A stretch of DNA of 40,293 nt, taken from NCBI GenBank assembly GCA_000934665.2, contig JYFJ02003566.1:1-40293 (forward strand), read 5' to 3'. The notes under the pieces were generated by a model. The model was not told where the DNA came from and did not search any database. It worked only from the letters and a program-made list of their open reading frames with translations. The stretch's first letter is position 1. The number at the start of each line of letters is the position of its first letter. Below, in pieces: positions 38,900-40,293 of this stretch. A program made the position numbers and the translations under genes. Source of the stretch: Catajapyx aquilonaris (Eukaryota).

Positions 38900-40165
38900 A
38901 CACCAGCTTGGAATGTAGCTGGTACTCTGTATGTAACAGTCTGGGCAGAGAATGCAGTGTGCGCATACAGCACGCTGCACATTTCTTCCACTATACATAT
39001 TGTTGGCACACTGCGGAATGTAATAGAAGAAACAGGGTTTATGTGCCATTATTGCTCGAATCGTCAAGTGTCTGTCAGATGCGTTTCTGAATATTTTTCC
39101 CCTTGTGAATGGCAGTGAGTGGCCAATGTCAGTATCTGCCTCGTCGCGTCGTCTGATGCTCTCGACCGCGGCCTTGCTGCTCTCTTATGGATCATGGGCC
39201 TCGTCGTCTGATACCGTACAGTAGAGTCATAGTAGAGCTTTTCTCGTGTGCTGTTCTGTGACATATAATATATGGTGCTATGGGAAAATCAGAAAGCCTA
39301 ATCAGTATACTTATTCACCGACGCGACGCGACGCGACGGTGCCTAAGCCTGCTATTACAGCCTGTATACTTTGCATTAGTTTTCTTACTACCAGAGCCAG
39401 TTCATACATGGTATTTCGTGTGCTGGCAAGAACTGGTTATTCATATTGGCATGTGCTTGATGTAACAACAGCAACATCATTATACATCAGATGACTTGGT
39501 GCAACCAGCACCAACGATAGTCACATCTCGTCCACCGATAAAGCAACGGTTTCCTGTAGTGGATACGTTCATTTACGTACTACAATACATACATGATACA
39601 TCACGACTTTTCTTTCCTCAGCTGGGGCTTTTAATGTGCACAGTAACGTATCCTGGAAGTTTTGCAACCGCCCACCCAATTAGTAAGGTCGTCCAATTAT
39701 TGCCCAGGTCACATGACACTCTATGCATATCTGACCCACTTATTCCGATCGATGTGTCGATCAGATGTGGTGATGTCCATTTGACACGACCGGTTATTTT
39801 CTGCCCCAGCAGATGAGTTTGACTTGATGGGTTTGATAAAGATACATCTGTATCAAACCTATCAAGTGGAGCCCTACCGGTATTCATTCTTGCTGACTCT
39901 CTCGAATGAGATTTGAGATGACGGCTATACGATAAGTAAGTCTTTGTGTAACTTGTTGACTGGTGGATCTGCTGTGCGCTTGGAGAATCTGCGGTGTCCG
40001 TTTCTCTGTCGAAAAGTGTCACCTGTGCTTATTCGTCGTGTTGAAGGTACAGTACCTTGCTGGGTTGGGATGACTCTTCTGGTCGCATTCAAGGTGATTT
40101 AAAGTGGTTCCACGTTTTCATCATAACTCAAGTTGCTATTGAATGTCATGAAAATGTTGCCATGC
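38900..40165 (-). pseudogene. Penton-like paralogue N
   Basis: N-terminal IFMTFNSNLSYDEN-WNHFKS (40096-40155); AVAKLPGY; RQILTL...RFEQ*WHINPVSSITFRSVPTICIVEE (38983-39145). Confidence 0.7.
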
Positions 40166-40293
40166 AGTTCTTTTTATTGTTTACGTTGTCGATCGTCTCT
40201 TCCGTACAGTAGTCGCTCACAGATGCCACGTGATGCTACATAATAAAACAGTCCATTATCTGTGATTACGTCTGTGTATAATTCCACGACACT

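Overview
Eukaryotic, almost certainly arthropod, genomic DNA. The first 6.5 kb holds two intact spliced host genes on the + strand: a 2-exon secreted Cys-rich DUF4789-like gene (1367-2162) and a 5-exon takeout/juvenile-hormone-binding-protein gene (2760-6458). About 8.5 kb to the window end looks like gene-free DNA, but manual minus-strand translation across frameshifts and stops suggests a heavily decayed Maverick/Polinton (adintovirus-like) endogenous virus. It has remnants of a retroviral-type integrase, major capsid protein, adenain-like protease, probable packaging ATPase and a PW-like gene. It also carries about 14 co-oriented, head-to-tail paralogues of the penton/minor-capsid-like gene, where Mavericks normally carry one. 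The protein-primed polymerase and element termini were not found. Younger MITEs, apparent excision footprints, a twin perfect palindrome and microsatellites overlie the region. All viral calls rest on motifs recalled from Maverick consensus proteins and stitched across broken frames. Their boundaries are approximate and need HMM or structure confirmation.
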